Below, one piece after another: positions 63,508 through 64,000 of a DNA stretch of 64,000 nt. The notes beneath the pieces are model-generated. The model made no database searches, had not been told where the DNA came from, and saw nothing but the letters and a program-made list of their open reading frames with translations. Source of the DNA: a bacterium (lineage in GTDB: Bacteria; Patescibacteriota; UBA1384; VFKW01); contig JAUSIS010000006.1 of the NCBI GenBank assembly GCA_030647355.1, positions 26,221-90,220 on the forward strand, given 5' to 3'. The translations under genes and the position numbers were made by a program. The first letter of the stretch is position 1, and every line of letters starts with the position of its first letter.

Positions 63508-63674
63508 ACAATTCCGATGACACTATGTTCCTATTTGGATAATGTTCGGTATCCAGCCCTTTGCGCTTTGGCGCCAAAGAGCTGGACTGACGCATAGAGA
63601 GGAGAATAACTCATTTTTGAGAGGTCGATTCTTCGGTAGTCATTGGCACCGGATTTTTTAAATTAAGGAGAATG
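63508..63674 (+). promoter_or_regulatory. Candidate L10 (rplJ) autoregulatory leader
   Basis: ~165-nt 5' UTR between the promoter and the rplJ ATG. Contains a GC-rich extended hairpin (CCAGCCCTTTGCGCTTTGGCGCCAAAGAGCTGGACTG). This position is where the L10(L12)4-binding leader occurs in bacteria. Confidence 0.4.
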
Positions 63675-64000
63675 ATGGCTCTAACGAGAGACGAAAAAAC
63701 CCAACAAATCGAGAAAATTGGCGAAAATATTAATCAATCTAAAGCGGTTGTTTTTGCTGAATATCGCGGAATTAACATGAAAGATAATCAAAATCTCCGC
63801 AGTATACTTCGCCAATCTGGAATTGATTTTAAGGTCATCAAGGCAACGCTTCTGAAACTGGCATTAAAAAAGCAAAAAATTGAAGTGCCGGCTGAGATAA
63901 TGGATAAACCGTTAGCGGTGGCCTTTGGTTATGATGACGAGGTTATGCCAGCCAAGTTGATTGCAGAGTCGGCAAAAAAAATTGAATCGCTCAAGATAAT
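63675..64000 (+). CDS. rplJ: 50S ribosomal protein L10, 3'-truncated by window edge
   Basis: MALTRDEKTQQIEKIGENINQSKAVVFAEYRGINMKDNQNLRSILRQSGIDFKVIKATLLKLAL matches the uL10 N-terminal domain. Confidence 0.8.
   Translation, partial: MALTRDEKTQQIEKIGENINQSKAVVFAEYRGINMKDNQNLRSILRQSGIDFKVIKATLLKLALKKQKIEVPAEIMDKPLAVAFGYDDEVMPAKLIAESAKKIESLKI

Noticed and set aside
1-64000. Alternative genetic code (UGA to Gly as in Gracilibacteria/SR1)
   Set aside because: Genes such as murF end at TGA at full-length positions, proteins have normal lengths, and an RF2 (UGA-reading) gene with SPF and GGQ motifs is present. Standard code 11 fits.

Overview
This 64-kb window is a low-GC (~40%) bacterial chromosome segment with dense, co-directional housekeeping genes. 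The small proteins, the ribosomal proteins and NusG carrying charged N-terminal extensions, the large type IV pilins and the absence of ftsA/ftsZ after ftsQ suggest a CPR/Patescibacteria-like organism; this is an inference from gene content and was not tested. The standard genetic code applies: RF2 is present and TGA is used as a stop.

Layout, left to right:
- 1-11.2 kb: dcw cell-wall/division cluster (ftsI, murF, mraY, murD, ftsW, murG, murC, murB, ddl, ftsQ).
- 11.1-21.3 kb: recJ, radA, a PIN-TRAM (YacL-like) protein, PBP1A (minus strand), tyrS and a 697-aa membrane protein (minus strand).
- 21.4-25.7 kb: tRNAs Pro, Thr x2, Tyr and Trp, with rpmB, rpmG, a site-2 protease, holB and a TPR protein. 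One tRNA-Thr gene is nested between fragments of a second copy.
- 25.9-43.2 kb: a large type IV pilus locus (pilN, pilO, pilB, pilT, pilC, major pilin, pilD, minor pilins of PilV/PilW/PilX type, four tandem paralogous ~300-aa pilins). A GIY-YIG nuclease gene and an rnhA gene are embedded in it.
- 43.2-64 kb: ileS, rodA, rplU, secE, nusG, rplK, dprA, topA, recR, cysS, a GC-rich ~3.4-kb island encoding three secreted or wall-anchored low-complexity proteins, then prfB, ybaB, pth, rplA and the start of rplJ.

The most distinctive property is the number of small structured or dispersed repeat families packed into the intergenic DNA:
- F1, a ~100-nt element with copy-specific closing helices, downstream of topA, a small zinc-ribbon gene, prfB and rplA.
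- F2, a ~75-nt element with compensatory base changes in its closing helix, downstream of nusG, recR and ybaB, with a degenerate copy next to tRNA-Pro.
- Tandem hairpin repeats (GATTGC..GCAATGACA) at four loci inside the pilus locus.
- Short motif families GCAGTAAGAAATAAACTG, ACTTCTCGAC.. and GGTGAGGGA.
- A 41-nt palindromic mini-element (core TCCGCCAGCTGGCGGA) inserted in frame into both topA and recR.

No CRISPR array, cas genes, integrase, transposase or rRNA were seen.
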